Part shown: in pieces, positions 30,297 to 40,958 of the stretch
How the letters are laid out: each line of letters starts with the position of its first letter
How positions within the stretch are numbered: the first letter of the stretch is position 1
DNA from: Pirellulales bacterium
Lineage (GTDB): Bacteria > Planctomycetota > Planctomycetia > Pirellulales > PALSA-1355
Assembly (NCBI GenBank): GCA_963733035.1
Contig: CAVTBU010000005.1
Location: 2,240,001-2,304,000, forward strand
Direction: 5' to 3'
DNA length: 64,000 nucleotides
Notes under the pieces: model-generated
Databases searched by the model: none
Told to the model about the DNA's origin: nothing
Seen by the model: only the letters and a program-made list of their open reading frames with translations
Program-made: the position numbers and the translations under genes

Positions 30297-31238
30297 ATGG
30301 CCACGATCTCGACCACTCCCGAGCGACAGCGGATCACCCGCCGCGACACGTCGCGCTGGAGGCGATTGCCCGAGCTGGCGATCGAGACGCTGATCCGGCT
30401 TTGCGGCTGGAGCGCGATTTTCTTTGTGTTCGGCATCTTCTTCTTCGTTTTCCGCGAAGGAGCGCCCTACCTGTTCAACGGGCTGAACCTGACGGAATTC
30501 TTCACCAGCACCCGCTGGTCGCCCGTGGCCAATACGCCGCAATACGGCATCCTGGGCCTGCTGGCCGGCACGGCTTCGGTGACGGTGCTCTCGATGGCAA
30601 TCGCCGTGCCGCTCGGTTTGGGCGCCGCGGTGTTTGTCTCCGAGTTCTGCACGCCGAAGATCAAGGAAGTGCTCAAGATCGCCATCGAGATGTTGGCCGC
30701 CATCCCGTCCATCGTGTGGGGATTCATCGCCTACATGATGCTCAACCCGATCATCATCGCCGTCACCGGCGCGCCGGTCGGCCTGAACGTGCTCAATGCC
30801 AGCATCATCTTGGCGCTAATGAGCGTGCCGGTAATCGTGTCGGTGAGCGAAGACTCGCTCAAGGCCGTGCCCGATTCGTATCGGGAAGCGGCGCTAGCGC
30901 TGGGAGCCAGCCGCTGGGAGATCGTCTACCGCGTGTTATTTCCGGCTGCCAAGAATGGTTTGTTGGCCGCCGTGCTGCTGGGTGTTGGCCGGGCGATTGG
31001 CGAAACGATGGCCGTGTTGATGGCTACCGGACACGCCAATCAGATTCCGCACAGCCCGCTCGATCGCGTGCAAACGCTCACGGCCACGATCGCGGCCGAG
31101 CTGGGTGAGGCTGTGAAAGGGGGCGACCACTATCGGGTGCTGTTTGTCATTGGCATCCTGCTGTTCGTAATCGCCTTCGTGGTCAACCTGACGGCCGATC
31201 TTGTGGTTCGCGGCGTCCGGGGGAGGCAAAATGACTGA
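30297..31238 (+). CDS. pstC: Phosphate ABC transporter permease PstC
   Basis: LAAIPSIVWG, EAALALGASRWE, GRAIGETMAV. Confidence 0.93.
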   Translation: MATISTTPERQRITRRDTSRWRRLPELAIETLIRLCGWSAIFFVFGIFFFVFREGAPYLFNGLNLTEFFTSTRWSPVANTPQYGILGLLAGTASVTVLSMAIAVPLGLGAAVFVSEFCTPKIKEVLKIAIEMLAAIPSIVWGFIAYMMLNPIIIAVTGAPVGLNVLNASIILALMSVPVIVSVSEDSLKAVPDSYREAALALGASRWEIVYRVLFPAAKNGLLAAVLLGVGRAIGETMAVLMATGHANQIPHSPLDRVQTLTATIAAELGEAVKGGDHYRVLFVIGILLFVIAFVVNLTADLVVRGVRGRQND

Positions 31239-32562
31239 CAAGCACCCTGGTCACTTTCGCTACTACGTTTCGCCGCGCACCAACGGCGATCCCGGCGACG
31301 GCACCCCCGGGCGGCCCCTGCGGAGCGTGCAGGACGCGCTCCAAAACATCGCCCAGCGGCACAGTGGCGATGCCCCATCGGTGAAGAAACTGTCGGGATA
31401 CGACCGCGTGGATATCTGCGCCCTTGCCACGGCAAGTAGCGCTGGGTCGAAAAGAAAGCCGCCGCGATACGAATTCTTCGTCGATCCGCTGGGAGCGTCG
31501 GACCTGGCGGTCGGCACGGCGCAGCTCCCGTGGCCCGACTTGGAGTCCGCACTTTCCGGCGTGTCCAAGCTCGATGCCACCGGCAGGATCCAACTGGCAC
31601 CTGGCGAGCATCTGACCCTTTCGGTGCGAGAAGTCTTTTCGGCCACGCCGGTCGATCGACACAAGCGTCGCAACGAGCGGATCGCGCAGGTCGTGTTCGG
31701 CGTGATGACCATGATGCTGGTCGTGCCGCTGGTGCTAATCCTGGGACACCTACTCTACAAAGCCTGGCCAGTGCTCTCGCCGTCGTTTATTTTCGAGAAC
31801 CCCCAACACAAAATGACCGCCGGCGGCGTCTGGGCTCCGCTCATCGGCACGTTTTACCTGGTTTTCATTTCACTCATGATCGCCGCGCCCATCGGCGTGC
31901 TGGCGGGGGTGTACCTGAACGAATATGCCAAGGACAACTGGTTTACGCGCGTCGTCAATCTGGCCGTGGTCAATCTGGCGGGCGTGCCCAGCATCGTGCA
32001 CGCGCTGTTCGGCGTGGGAGCCTTCGTGTATTTCGCCGGCATGGGCGAAAGCGTCCTGGCCGCCTCCTGCACATTGGCCATCATGACCCTGCCGGTAATT
32101 ATCACCAGCACCAAGGAAGCTCTGGCCAGCGTGCCGATGACGTTCCGCGAAGCCTGCTGGAACATGGGCGCCAGCCGCTGGCAGACCATCCGCACAATCG
32201 TGCTGCCCAATTCGATCAGCGGAATTCTCACCGGCGTGATTCTGCAAGTCTCGCGGGCGGCAGGCGAAACGGCGCCGATTCTGTTTACTGGCGCGGCGCT
32301 CTACCTGAATGTGCCCAGCAAGGGCCTTCGCTCCTTCCTTCCCTACTCGCTCAACGATAGCTGCATGGCGCTCTCTTATCACCTGCACGTCATGCTCACG
32401 CAGGTCAACGGAGCCACGCCCGAACAAATCGCGTCGGGCGAATCCCTGCCGCTGGAACACCTGCAATACGGCACCGCCGTGGTGCTGATCGGGCTGGTGC
32501 TGGCGGTCAACAGCGTGTCGATCGCGTTGCGTTTTTATTTGCGATCGCGCAAGAAATGGTAA
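31231..32562 (+). CDS. pstA: Phosphate ABC transporter permease PstA with an unusual ~130-aa N-terminal extension
   Basis: YLNEYA, LAGVPSIV, SRAAGETAPIL; the extension holds two DUF1565-like motifs. Confidence 0.9.
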   Translation: MTDKHPGHFRYYVSPRTNGDPGDGTPGRPLRSVQDALQNIAQRHSGDAPSVKKLSGYDRVDICALATASSAGSKRKPPRYEFFVDPLGASDLAVGTAQLPWPDLESALSGVSKLDATGRIQLAPGEHLTLSVREVFSATPVDRHKRRNERIAQVVFGVMTMMLVVPLVLILGHLLYKAWPVLSPSFIFENPQHKMTAGGVWAPLIGTFYLVFISLMIAAPIGVLAGVYLNEYAKDNWFTRVVNLAVVNLAGVPSIVHALFGVGAFVYFAGMGESVLAASCTLAIMTLPVIITSTKEALASVPMTFREACWNMGASRWQTIRTIVLPNSISGILTGVILQVSRAAGETAPILFTGAALYLNVPSKGLRSFLPYSLNDSCMALSYHLHVMLTQVNGATPEQIASGESLPLEHLQYGTAVVLIGLVLAVNSVSIALRFYLRSRKKW

Positions 32563-32565
32563 CGC

Positions 32566-33321
32566 ATGGCAGCCGTCGGCATTCAGATTCGTGACCTCTC
32601 GGTCAGTTATGCTGGCAAGCCGGCTTTGCGCGGCGTGTCGCTCGACATTCCGGCGAACCAGATCTTCGGCATCATCGGCCCTGCCAATTCCGGCAAGACC
32701 ACGCTGCTCAAGTGCATCAACCGCACGATCGACTTCATCGGCATCGCCAACGTCGACGGACAGGTGTCTGTGGGCCAGCAGGATGTCCGCCGCATCGGCA
32801 ATGTGTACGACCTGCGGCGTCGGATCGGCATGGTATTTCCGCTCCCTGTCGGCTTGCCCATGTCGATCTACGACAACGTGGCTTACGGTCCGCGGATGGC
32901 CGGCGTGCGGCACCGTGGCGAACTCGATGTGTTGGTCGAGCGCTGCCTGACGCAGGCGGCGCTGTGGGACGAAGTGAAAGACCGGCTCGAGATGCTGGGC
33001 ACCAAACTTTCGGGCGGCCAGCAGCAGCGACTCACCCTGGCCCGGGCGCTGTCGCTCGAACCCGATATTCTGTGCCTTGACGAGTTTTCGATTGCCATCG
33101 ATCCGGTGACAACGATGAAGATCGAGGAGGTGCTGTTGGAATTGTCGCGCGAGATGACCATCGTGTTGGTGACAAACCTGGTGCAACAGGCACGACGATT
33201 GGCGCAGATGACTGCCTTTTTCAATAATTCACATCTGGTGGAGGTGGGCGAAACCAAGCAGATGTTCACCAAGCCGAGCCAGAAGCTTACCTACGACTAC
33301 GTGACGGGAAACATCGGCTGA
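32566..33321 (+). CDS. pstB: Phosphate ABC transporter ATPase, copy 1 (H-loop degenerate)
   Basis: GPANSGKT, LSGGQQQRL, CLDEFSIAID, VTNL in place of VTHN. Confidence 0.85.
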   Translation: MAAVGIQIRDLSVSYAGKPALRGVSLDIPANQIFGIIGPANSGKTTLLKCINRTIDFIGIANVDGQVSVGQQDVRRIGNVYDLRRRIGMVFPLPVGLPMSIYDNVAYGPRMAGVRHRGELDVLVERCLTQAALWDEVKDRLEMLGTKLSGGQQQRLTLARALSLEPDILCLDEFSIAIDPVTTMKIEEVLLELSREMTIVLVTNLVQQARRLAQMTAFFNNSHLVEVGETKQMFTKPSQKLTYDYVTGNIG

Positions 33322-34103
33322 TGCAAGCTCCCGCCCAGGCCGGCTACAGCATCGAAACGAAGGACCTGAATCTCTGGTACGGAGATTTTCAGGCCCTTAA
33401 GCAGATCAACGTGAACATTCGCTCGGCTTGCGTCACTTCGCTGATCGGCCCCTCGGGCTGCGGCAAGACGAGCCTGCTGCGGTGCTTCAACCGCATCAAC
33501 GAACGCTACGGCAACGTTCGCACGACGGGTCAGATCTCGATCCTCGAGAAAAACGTCTACGACGAGGACGTCTCGCTCTCGGAACTCCGCAAGACCGTGG
33601 GAATGGTCTTTCAGCGCCCCAACCCGCTGCCGATTTCGATCTATGAAAACGTCCTGTTCGGCCTGCGGGTGCATACGAGGCGCGACGCAATCACCAAGCG
33701 CGAGCGCGATGCCCTGGTCGAGTCGGCGTTGAGCGACGTGTTTCTGTGGAAGGACGTCAAAGATAAGCTCTCAAGCAAGGCCACGCTGCTCACGCTCGAA
33801 CAGCAGCAGAAGCTATGCATCGCCCGGTTGCTGCCGCTCAAGCCGCGGGTAATTCTGATGGACGAACCTTGCTCGGCACTCGACGCCGAGGGGACGCAGG
33901 CCATCGAGACGCTGGTCGACACACTCAAACAAAAGTACACGATCGTGATCGTGACACACAACATGGGGCAGGCCGCCCGGGCCAGTGAAGAGTGCATCTA
34001 TATGCTGCTGGGCGAAGTGATCGAACACGGCAAGACGCAGGACATCTTCCTCAATCCACAGCGGAAAGAGACGGAGATGTACATCGAAGGCCGCTACGGC
34101 TAG
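33321..34103 (+). CDS. pstB: Phosphate ABC transporter ATPase, copy 2 (signature degenerate)
   Basis: GPSGCGKT, GMVFQRPNP, LTLEQQQKL, LMDEPCSALD, VTHN, YIEGRYG. Confidence 0.88.
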   Translation: MQAPAQAGYSIETKDLNLWYGDFQALKQINVNIRSACVTSLIGPSGCGKTSLLRCFNRINERYGNVRTTGQISILEKNVYDEDVSLSELRKTVGMVFQRPNPLPISIYENVLFGLRVHTRRDAITKRERDALVESALSDVFLWKDVKDKLSSKATLLTLEQQQKLCIARLLPLKPRVILMDEPCSALDAEGTQAIETLVDTLKQKYTIVIVTHNMGQAARASEECIYMLLGEVIEHGKTQDIFLNPQRKETEMYIEGRYG

Positions 34104-34255
34104 TCGGCCGCCCCCTCCGCCCGCGACTCCGCCGCGAGACGGTTGCCCGGATCTCCCCCTGCGCGAAAGCACTTCGGCACCCACTCTTTACAGAACCCAT
34201 CTGGTCGGCGAGACTTGATGCATCGGATAGCGACAGCTCATCGCCGAGACGGATC

Positions 34256-34916
34256 ATGGCCAAACAACTCCCGCGTCAGATCGATGCGCTCAAACAGAAG
34301 ATCCTCTTTGTCGGCACCTTGGTCGAGGAGGCGATTGCCCGGGCCGTTCAGGCCCTCAATACTCGGGATCGCAACATGGCCCAGGCCGTCATCGATTCCG
34401 ACTCGGAGATCGATCGTATGGAGGTCGACGTCGAAGAGGAATGCCTGAAGGTCTTGGCACTTTACCAACCGGTGGCGGCCGACTTACGGTTTGTGGTGGC
34501 CGTGCTCAAGATCAACAACGATCTGGAACGAATGGGTGACCTGGCCCGCAACATCGCCAAGCGAGTCGTATTCCTGGCCGACTACGAACTACAGGAAGCG
34601 CCGGTCGATTACCGACCGATGGCGGCGCAAGTGAAGTCGATGGTCAAAAAAAGCCTTGATGCCCTGGTCAACTCCGACACGGCGCTGACCGCAAGAAGTC
34701 CGGGACGATGACGATAATGTGGACAACCAGCGCCGCACCATTGAGCGGCAAATCGAGGCCCAAATCGCCAAGTGGCCGGATCGCACCGAAGGTTTGCTAC
34801 GTCTCTCGTCCGTGGCCCGGCACCTGGAGCGAATCGCCGACATGGCCACGAACATCGCCGAAGACGTGATCTACATGGTCGAAGGCGAGATTGTGCGGCA
34901 TCATTTCAACGAGTAG
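34256..34916 (+). CDS. phoU: Phosphate signalling complex protein PhoU (apparent frameshift ~34689)
   Basis: QPVAADLR, DLERMGD; continues in another frame with DDDNVD...HLERIADMATNIAE. Confidence 0.9.
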
Positions 34917-34992
34917 CGTGGATCCTGACGGCAAGCTCGGCGAGAAAATCGCCGACATGACCCCAATACGCAGAAGTCGGAGCCCCTAGATC

Positions 34993-35847
34993 ATGAAGCT
35001 CCACCGCGGCTGCGACGTTCTCCCCGATCGTACCGGACTTGTGTGCCGCCAGTCTCGCATCGGCGGCGCAATCCAGACCTTGATATTCGGCGCCGCGTTT
35101 GGCGGCAGTCCAATCCTACAGTGGTGGCTCGGAGCACCGCTGGTCTTTCCCATCATCTTCGCTCTGGTCGCGGTGATAATTGTGCCGCTTCTTCTGGGAG
35201 ACGCGCGGGCCCGCTTTCGTACAACGAATTGGGTGCTGTGGATACGTCCCCGCGGCTTGTGGATCAACCTGCGGTCCTATCAAGATCGCAGCTCGCAGGA
35301 GACCTTGAGCGTCGTCGAGCTGACTGATAGCGAGATCGAACACGTGCAGCGGCGAACCGAGCGTTACACGGCACCGACCATGAGCGGCAGCACGGTCTCG
35401 TACAAACTTGAGTCGCTCGATATCAAGCTGCACGAGTCAGACACCGGTCAATTGGCGGCGGCACTCGCAGCCTGCCGCCGCGCCAAGCAACCGTGGACCA
35501 AACAATTGGGCTTCATGACGTCGAAGTCGGGGGTAACTCTCTACAGCGTCTCACTGCCTGCCGCCGATCGGATCCGCATTGCCTGGTGGGGCGGACGCGG
35601 TCACGGCATCACGCCCAGCTTGCGTCGCGTGTTGGAAAAACTCGAGTACCGCATGTCAGTGGCGGAACCGACTGACGACAAACGGCCGGATTGGCGGGAG
35701 ATTCCCGACGCCCAACTCGACGATGAGATCCTCTCGCTCGTCGGCGCGGGCAACCGCATCGATGCCATCAAACTGCTTGAAAACCGCCGCGACATGTCGA
35801 CCACCGAAGCCCACCAGTTCATCGAAGAACTGGCGGGCCGTGTGTAA
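34993..35847 (+). CDS. Hypothetical membrane protein with C-terminal ribosomal L7/L12-CTD-like motif
   Basis: Two N-terminal TM helices; C-terminus GNRIDAIKLL.....STTEAHQFIE. Confidence 0.6.
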   Translation: MKLHRGCDVLPDRTGLVCRQSRIGGAIQTLIFGAAFGGSPILQWWLGAPLVFPIIFALVAVIIVPLLLGDARARFRTTNWVLWIRPRGLWINLRSYQDRSSQETLSVVELTDSEIEHVQRRTERYTAPTMSGSTVSYKLESLDIKLHESDTGQLAAALAACRRAKQPWTKQLGFMTSKSGVTLYSVSLPAADRIRIAWWGGRGHGITPSLRRVLEKLEYRMSVAEPTDDKRPDWREIPDAQLDDEILSLVGAGNRIDAIKLLENRRDMSTTEAHQFIEELAGRV

Positions 35848-35851
35848 TCCT

Positions 35852-36344
35852 TCAGGGATGCATGACGCCGCAGACGGGTGGATCCCAACCAAGCTGATTT
35901 TGTCGGGCAACAATGGCATCGAACCGCTCGGCAATGTCGGCCGGCAGTGGCGCCATGCGCCGCTCGCGCATATCGATGTGGGCCCCGACATGCTCCTGGA
36001 TGGCGGCCAGCTTGTCGCTTTCGTCGATGGTCATGAAGTGCATGAAGTGGATCCGTTTCGCACTGCGCCCCAGGCAACGGCTGCGGATCGTCACGTTCCA
36101 GCCGATATGTACTTCCGACAAGTACCGCACATGGGTCTCCAGCGCAAAGCTCCCTTTCATGTTCGCGCGGAAGTACGCCTCGTTGAATCCAAACGCATCA
36201 GCGAACTTCTCAAATGCACAACTAAACAGGTGCGTGTACCACATGACGTTCATGTGCCCCATCTCGTCGCGATAATCCGACGGAATCTGCGCGGTACGTT
36301 ATCGGCAAGCCGCTCAAGTCGAGCGGCGGTATCTTCTCGGCCAT
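35852..36344 (-). CDS. Hotdog-fold acyl-CoA thioesterase (apparent frameshift ~36290)
   Basis: MAEKIPPLDLSGLPITYR joins IPSDYRDEMGHMNVMWY (D..GH.N motif). Confidence 0.8.
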
Positions 36345-36490
36345 CAATCCCCCCAAAAAACAACCGCTATTCCGGTAAGCCCAAGGGACGCTTTCCCTGG
36401 AAACGGATCGCAACCAGTAGCACCAACCAAGCTCCAAAACGCCGTCGGCGATGCCTTCGGCCTAAACGATCTTTGGCGACGAACTCGCGG

Positions 36491-38610
36491 CTACTCCTTC
36501 GACTTGTCAAAGTCGGCGAAGGTCTTGCCGCCTTCGGCCAGTTCCTTGAGCAGCGGCGAGGGAGCCCACAAGCTGCCGTGCTGCTTTTCGAATTCGCACA
36601 CGCGATCGTTAACCTTTTTCAAGCCCACCGTGTCGGCATACCACATCGGTCCGCCGCGCTGCGCGGGGAAGCCATAGCCGAGAATGTAGAGCATGTCGAT
36701 ATCCACCGCGCGTAGGGCGATTCCTTCGGCCAGAATATTCGCCCCTTCATTGACCAGGGCGTACAGTGTGCGGTCGAGAATCTCCTGGTCGGAGATCTCG
36801 CGGCGTTGGATGCCGGCCTTCGCCGATTCCTGCTCGATCAGGGCCTGCACCTCCGGATCGGGAATCGGGCGCGGGAGCCGGCTTCGTACCGGTACCAGCC
36901 CGCGCCAGTCTTCTGGCCGAAGCGGCCTTGCTCGCAAATCAAGTCGGCAATCAGCGGTTGGCGAATGCCTTTCGGTTCGAGGTGCTTGTACTCCTTGCGA
37001 ATCCGCCACCCGACGTCGAGTCCGGCCAGATCACCCACGGCCAAAGGCCCCATCGCCATGCCGAAATCGTACAGCACTTTGTCGACCTGCTCGACACGAG
37101 CCCCTTCTTCGAGCAGGAATTGCGCCTCGCGCATGTAGCAATGGAACATTCGGTTGCCGACAAAACCGCGGCAGTTACCCACCAAAATGCCAACTTTCTT
37201 GATCCGTTTGGCAATCGACATCGAGGTGGCGATGACGGTATCGCTCGACTCATTGCCGCGCACGATCTCCACCACCCGCATCACGTTGGCAGGGCTGAAA
37301 AAGTGATGGCCGATCACCTGCTTGGGCCGCGAGGTGGCGGAGGCAATCTCGTCGATGTTGAGCGTCGAAGTGTTACTCGCCAAAATCGCCTCCGGCCTGG
37401 TCACTTTCTCGAGTTCGGCAAACACCTTCTTCTTCAGGGACATCTCTTCAAACACGGCCTCAACCACGATGTCCGCTTCCTTGAATTTGTCGTAGCTGGT
37501 CGTCGGCTCGATCAGCGCCATCCGCTCGTCCATTTCCTTTTGCGTCAAGCGGCCCTTGGAGACCGTGGCCGAGTAGTTCTTTTTGATGATCGCCAGACCC
37601 TTGTCGAGCGCCTCTTGCGAGATCTCTTTGAACAGCACAGGGATCCCGGCATTGGCATAGTTCATCGTGATGCCGCCTCCCATTGTGCCACCGCCGACCA
37701 CCGCGGCCCGTTTGATCTCGAGCTGGGGCGTATCCTTGGCAATGCCCGGAATCTTGGCCACGGCCCGTTCACCAAAGAACACGTGGATCATGGCCTTCGA
37801 TTGATCCGAGAACAGGCATTCCTTGAACAACTCCTGTTCCTTGGCCAGGCCTTCCTCAAAGGGCAGCTTCGTGGCGGCTTCGACCGCTTCGATGGCTTTG
37901 ACCGGAGCCAGCAGTCCGCGCGATCGCTTCTTGACGGCATCGCGAATGACCGCCAGGGCCTTGTCGTTCTCGGCCTGGTTGGAGATCTTGTCCGTTTGCT
38001 CGCATGTGCGGCGCGGCGGTTGACCCATTTTTTCACGAGCGAAAGCCACGGCACCGGCCAACAGGTCGCCGTCGATCAGCTTATCGACGATGCCGGCTTC
38101 CAGCGCTTTGGGTGCGGGCACCGGATTACCAAAGGCGCACATCTCGGCCGCCACGGCGACACCAGCCAACCGCGGCAAACGCTGCGTGCCGCCGGCGCCG
38201 GGAATGATGCCCAGCTTACATTCAGGTTGACCGACCAGCGCCTGGGGCACGGCCACGCGATAGTGACAGGCCATTGCCGTTTCCAAACCGCCGCCAAACG
38301 CCGTGCCGTGAATCGCCGCCACGATCGGCTTCGGGCAATTCTCAACCATCGCCAGGATTGGATTGAAGCCCACACCCCGTTCCTTCTTTCCGCTGGTCAT
38401 CTTGCCGAACTCTTTGATGTCGGCTCCGGCGATGAAGGTGCGCCCGCCGCCGATCAGCACCATCGCCTTGACCGAATCGTCGGCAGCAGCTGCTTCGACC
38501 GATTCTTTTATTCCTTCGGGCACGCCGGGGCTGAGAGCGTTGACCGGCGGGTTGTTGATCGTAATGACGGCCACATCGCCGTCCTTGGTAAGGTTCACCA
38601 GGTCGCTCAT
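36491..38610 (-). CDS. Multifunctional enoyl-CoA hydratase / 3-hydroxyacyl-CoA dehydrogenase (FadB/FadJ-like; apparent frameshift ~36870)
   Basis: NPPVNAL, AGADI, PGAGGTQRLPRL, GGGTMGGGI, SNTSTL, HFFSPA, GQKTGAGWY; C-terminus in ORF 36491-37009 (GYGFP..RGGPM). Confidence 0.92.
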
Positions 38611-38719
38611 GGGAAGGTCCTTGAGTTGGAAGGATGAAGGCAGACGGTTGAAGGATGAAACTTCCTACGCTTCGCGCCTTCGCTGCTATGGTTCGTTTCT
38701 AACTGCTACTTGTCGTAGA

Positions 38720-39709
38720 TCATTCGACGGGGCGGCGCTGGATAAAGGCGGCAATGTGCTCGGCAATTTCTTCGCCTTTGTCTTCCTGCAAAAAGTGGCC
38801 GGCATCGCGAATGGTGATTTCCGGTTCGTTCTTGGCCGAGGGAATCAACTCCCGAAAGTACTTGTCGCCGCCGACGGTAACGGGATCCTTGTCGCTAAAC
38901 ATGATCAAAGCCGGCTTGGTCCACTCTGTGAGCGAGGCGGCCGCCTTGCGCATGGCGGGCAGGGCCTCCGCATCCTCGGAAATCGGCACCAACAGCGGGA
39001 ACTGCAGCGCTCCGCCTTTGTAGCTTAAATCCGGAAACGGCGCGTTATAGGCAGCCAGCACCTCCGGCGTCAACTTCGTGACGGTCGCACCATCAATCAC
39101 CCGGCCAATGTCCATATCCTGTGCCCGCTCGGCAAAGTTACGCCAGGCCATGAAGCCCGGCGACAGCGGCTTGCCGCTCACCGGGAGGCCCGTGTTCATG
39201 ATTACCAGCCGTGCAAACCGCTCGGGCTTTTCCATGGCGACTGGAATGCCCAGCAGTCCGCCCCAATCTTGACAGACAAGCGTGACTCGCTTGAGGTCGA
39301 GCCTTTCGACAAACGCGGCCAGTGCGTCGTGATGCAGCGCGTACGTGTAGGGCTCCTTGCCAACCGGCTTGTCGCTTCGCCCAAATCCGATCAGATCGAC
39401 CGCGATCACCCGCCCTTGCTTCGAGAGCGTGGGAATCATCTTGCGGTAGAGATAGCTCCAAGAGGGTTCGCCGTGGACGCAAAGGATCGGATCCCCCGCT
39501 CCTTCTTCGACGTAGTGCATCCGCAAGCCGTCCGACACGTCGACGTAGTGTGGCGGGTAGGGAAAGTCCGGCAGGTTAGCAAATCGCTCATCAGGAGTTC
39601 GCAACGTTTTCATGGCGGTGGCTCCAGAAGTTTGCGGCTGACTGGATTGGGCCGCGGTGTCGACGATCAACAGGCAGACAACGGTACAAGCGAACTGATA
39701 TCCCTGCAT
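38720..39709 (-). CDS. Haloalkane dehalogenase (DhlA/HLD-I-like), possible N-terminal signal peptide (alternative start 39613)
   Basis: LRTPDERF, HGEPSWSYLYRKMIP, GFGRSDKP, QDWGG nucleophile, GHFLQED. Confidence 0.88.
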   Translation of the reverse strand: MQGYQFACTVVCLLIVDTAAQSSQPQTSGATAMKTLRTPDERFANLPDFPYPPHYVDVSDGLRMHYVEEGAGDPILCVHGEPSWSYLYRKMIPTLSKQGRVIAVDLIGFGRSDKPVGKEPYTYALHHDALAAFVERLDLKRVTLVCQDWGGLLGIPVAMEKPERFARLVIMNTGLPVSGKPLSPGFMAWRNFAERAQDMDIGRVIDGATVTKLTPEVLAAYNAPFPDLSYKGGALQFPLLVPISEDAEALPAMRKAAASLTEWTKPALIMFSDKDPVTVGGDKYFRELIPSAKNEPEITIRDAGHFLQEDKGEEIAEHIAAFIQRRPVE

Positions 39710-39767
39710 GTTTGCGGCCTTTTCATGCGCGCCAGCTCTTCCGGCGAAGGAGAGCGGGTGTCACCTC

Positions 39768-40958
39768 CTACAGGCAGGCCTCGAATAAGCCAGCGGCGCC
39801 CTGCCCGCCACCAATGCACATGGTCACCACGCCGTACTTCACCTTGCGGCGGAGCATTTCGTTGGCAATCGTGCCGACCATTCGCGAGCCGGACATGCCG
39901 AACGGATGTCCAATCGAGATCGAACCGCCGTTGACGTTCAGCTTCTTGGGATCGATACCCAGGCGATCGCGGCAGTAGATCACCTGCACCGCAAACGCTT
40001 CGTTGAGCTCCCACAAACCGATGTCGTCGACCTTCAAGCCGTTCCGCTCAAGCAGCTTGGGCACGGCGTATGCCGGTCCGATGCCCATTTCGTCTGGCTC
40101 GCAGCCTGCGACCTGGAAGCCGCGAAATATCAGCTTCGGTTTGATGCCCAGCTTTTCCGCCTTTTCCCGCGACATCAGCATGCACACGCTGGCGCCGTCG
40201 GACATTTGCGAGGCGTTGCCCGCCGTGACCGAACCCTGCCCGCTGTCGGGATCGAAGTACGGCTTCAACTTCAGCAGTCCTTCGAGGGTCGTGTCCGGCC
40301 GATTGCATTCGTCTTTGGTGATCGTGTGCTCCTCGGTACTACCGACTTTGCCGGTCGCCTTGTCGATGATGCCGCGGGTCACCGTCATCGGCGCCAGCTC
40401 CTCGTCGAGGTAACCTTCGGCTTGCGCCACGGCCGTGCGCTGCTGGCTCAGTAGGGAATATTCGTCCTGCGCTTCACGGCTGATCTTGTACCGCTTGGCC
40501 ACCACTTCCGCCGTATCGCCCATCACCATGTAGATGCCGGGCTTGCGCTCTTGCACGACTGGATTCGGTTCCCCCTTGCGACCGGCAATGGCGGTGATGC
40601 TTTCGACGCCGCCGGCCAAGGCCACGTCAACCCCTTCGTTCTGGATCAGGTGCGAGGCCATCGTCACAGCCTGCAAGCCCGATGAACAAAAGCGATTGAT
40701 CGTGCAACCGGCCACGGTCACCGGCAGCCCAGCGCGAATCGCCGCCACGCGGGCCACGTTCATGCCCTGCGTGTGTTCGGGATTGGCACAGCCCATGTAG
40801 ATGTCTTCGATTTCGGCCGGATCCAGATCGGGCACCTTTTTCAGCACGTCCGTGATGCAGTGCGCGGCCAGGTCATCGGGCCGAGTGAGATTGAACGAGC
40901 CGCGAAAACTTTTGGCCAGCGGCGTCCGCGAATGGGCAACCACAACGGCTTCTCTCAT
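39768..40958 (-). CDS. Acetyl-CoA C-acyltransferase (thiolase)
   Basis: NRFCSSG, NEAFA, GHPFGMSG, MCIGGGQG. Confidence 0.95.
   Translation of the reverse strand: MREAVVVAHSRTPLAKSFRGSFNLTRPDDLAAHCITDVLKKVPDLDPAEIEDIYMGCANPEHTQGMNVARVAAIRAGLPVTVAGCTINRFCSSGLQAVTMASHLIQNEGVDVALAGGVESITAIAGRKGEPNPVVQERKPGIYMVMGDTAEVVAKRYKISREAQDEYSLLSQQRTAVAQAEGYLDEELAPMTVTRGIIDKATGKVGSTEEHTITKDECNRPDTTLEGLLKLKPYFDPDSGQGSVTAGNASQMSDGASVCMLMSREKAEKLGIKPKLIFRGFQVAGCEPDEMGIGPAYAVPKLLERNGLKVDDIGLWELNEAFAVQVIYCRDRLGIDPKKLNVNGGSISIGHPFGMSGSRMVGTIANEMLRRKVKYGVVTMCIGGGQGAAGLFEACL

Noticed and set aside
36766..38637. Long antisense ORFs (also 20181-21323, 31870-33186, 35579-36715, 26243-27268)
   Set aside because: Shadow frames of well-supported genes in high-GC DNA; no recognisable motifs.
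38629..38660. GAAGGATGAA short repeats (similar GTGAAGGAAA near 43013)
   Set aside because: Only two copies each; simple intergenic repeats with no array structure.
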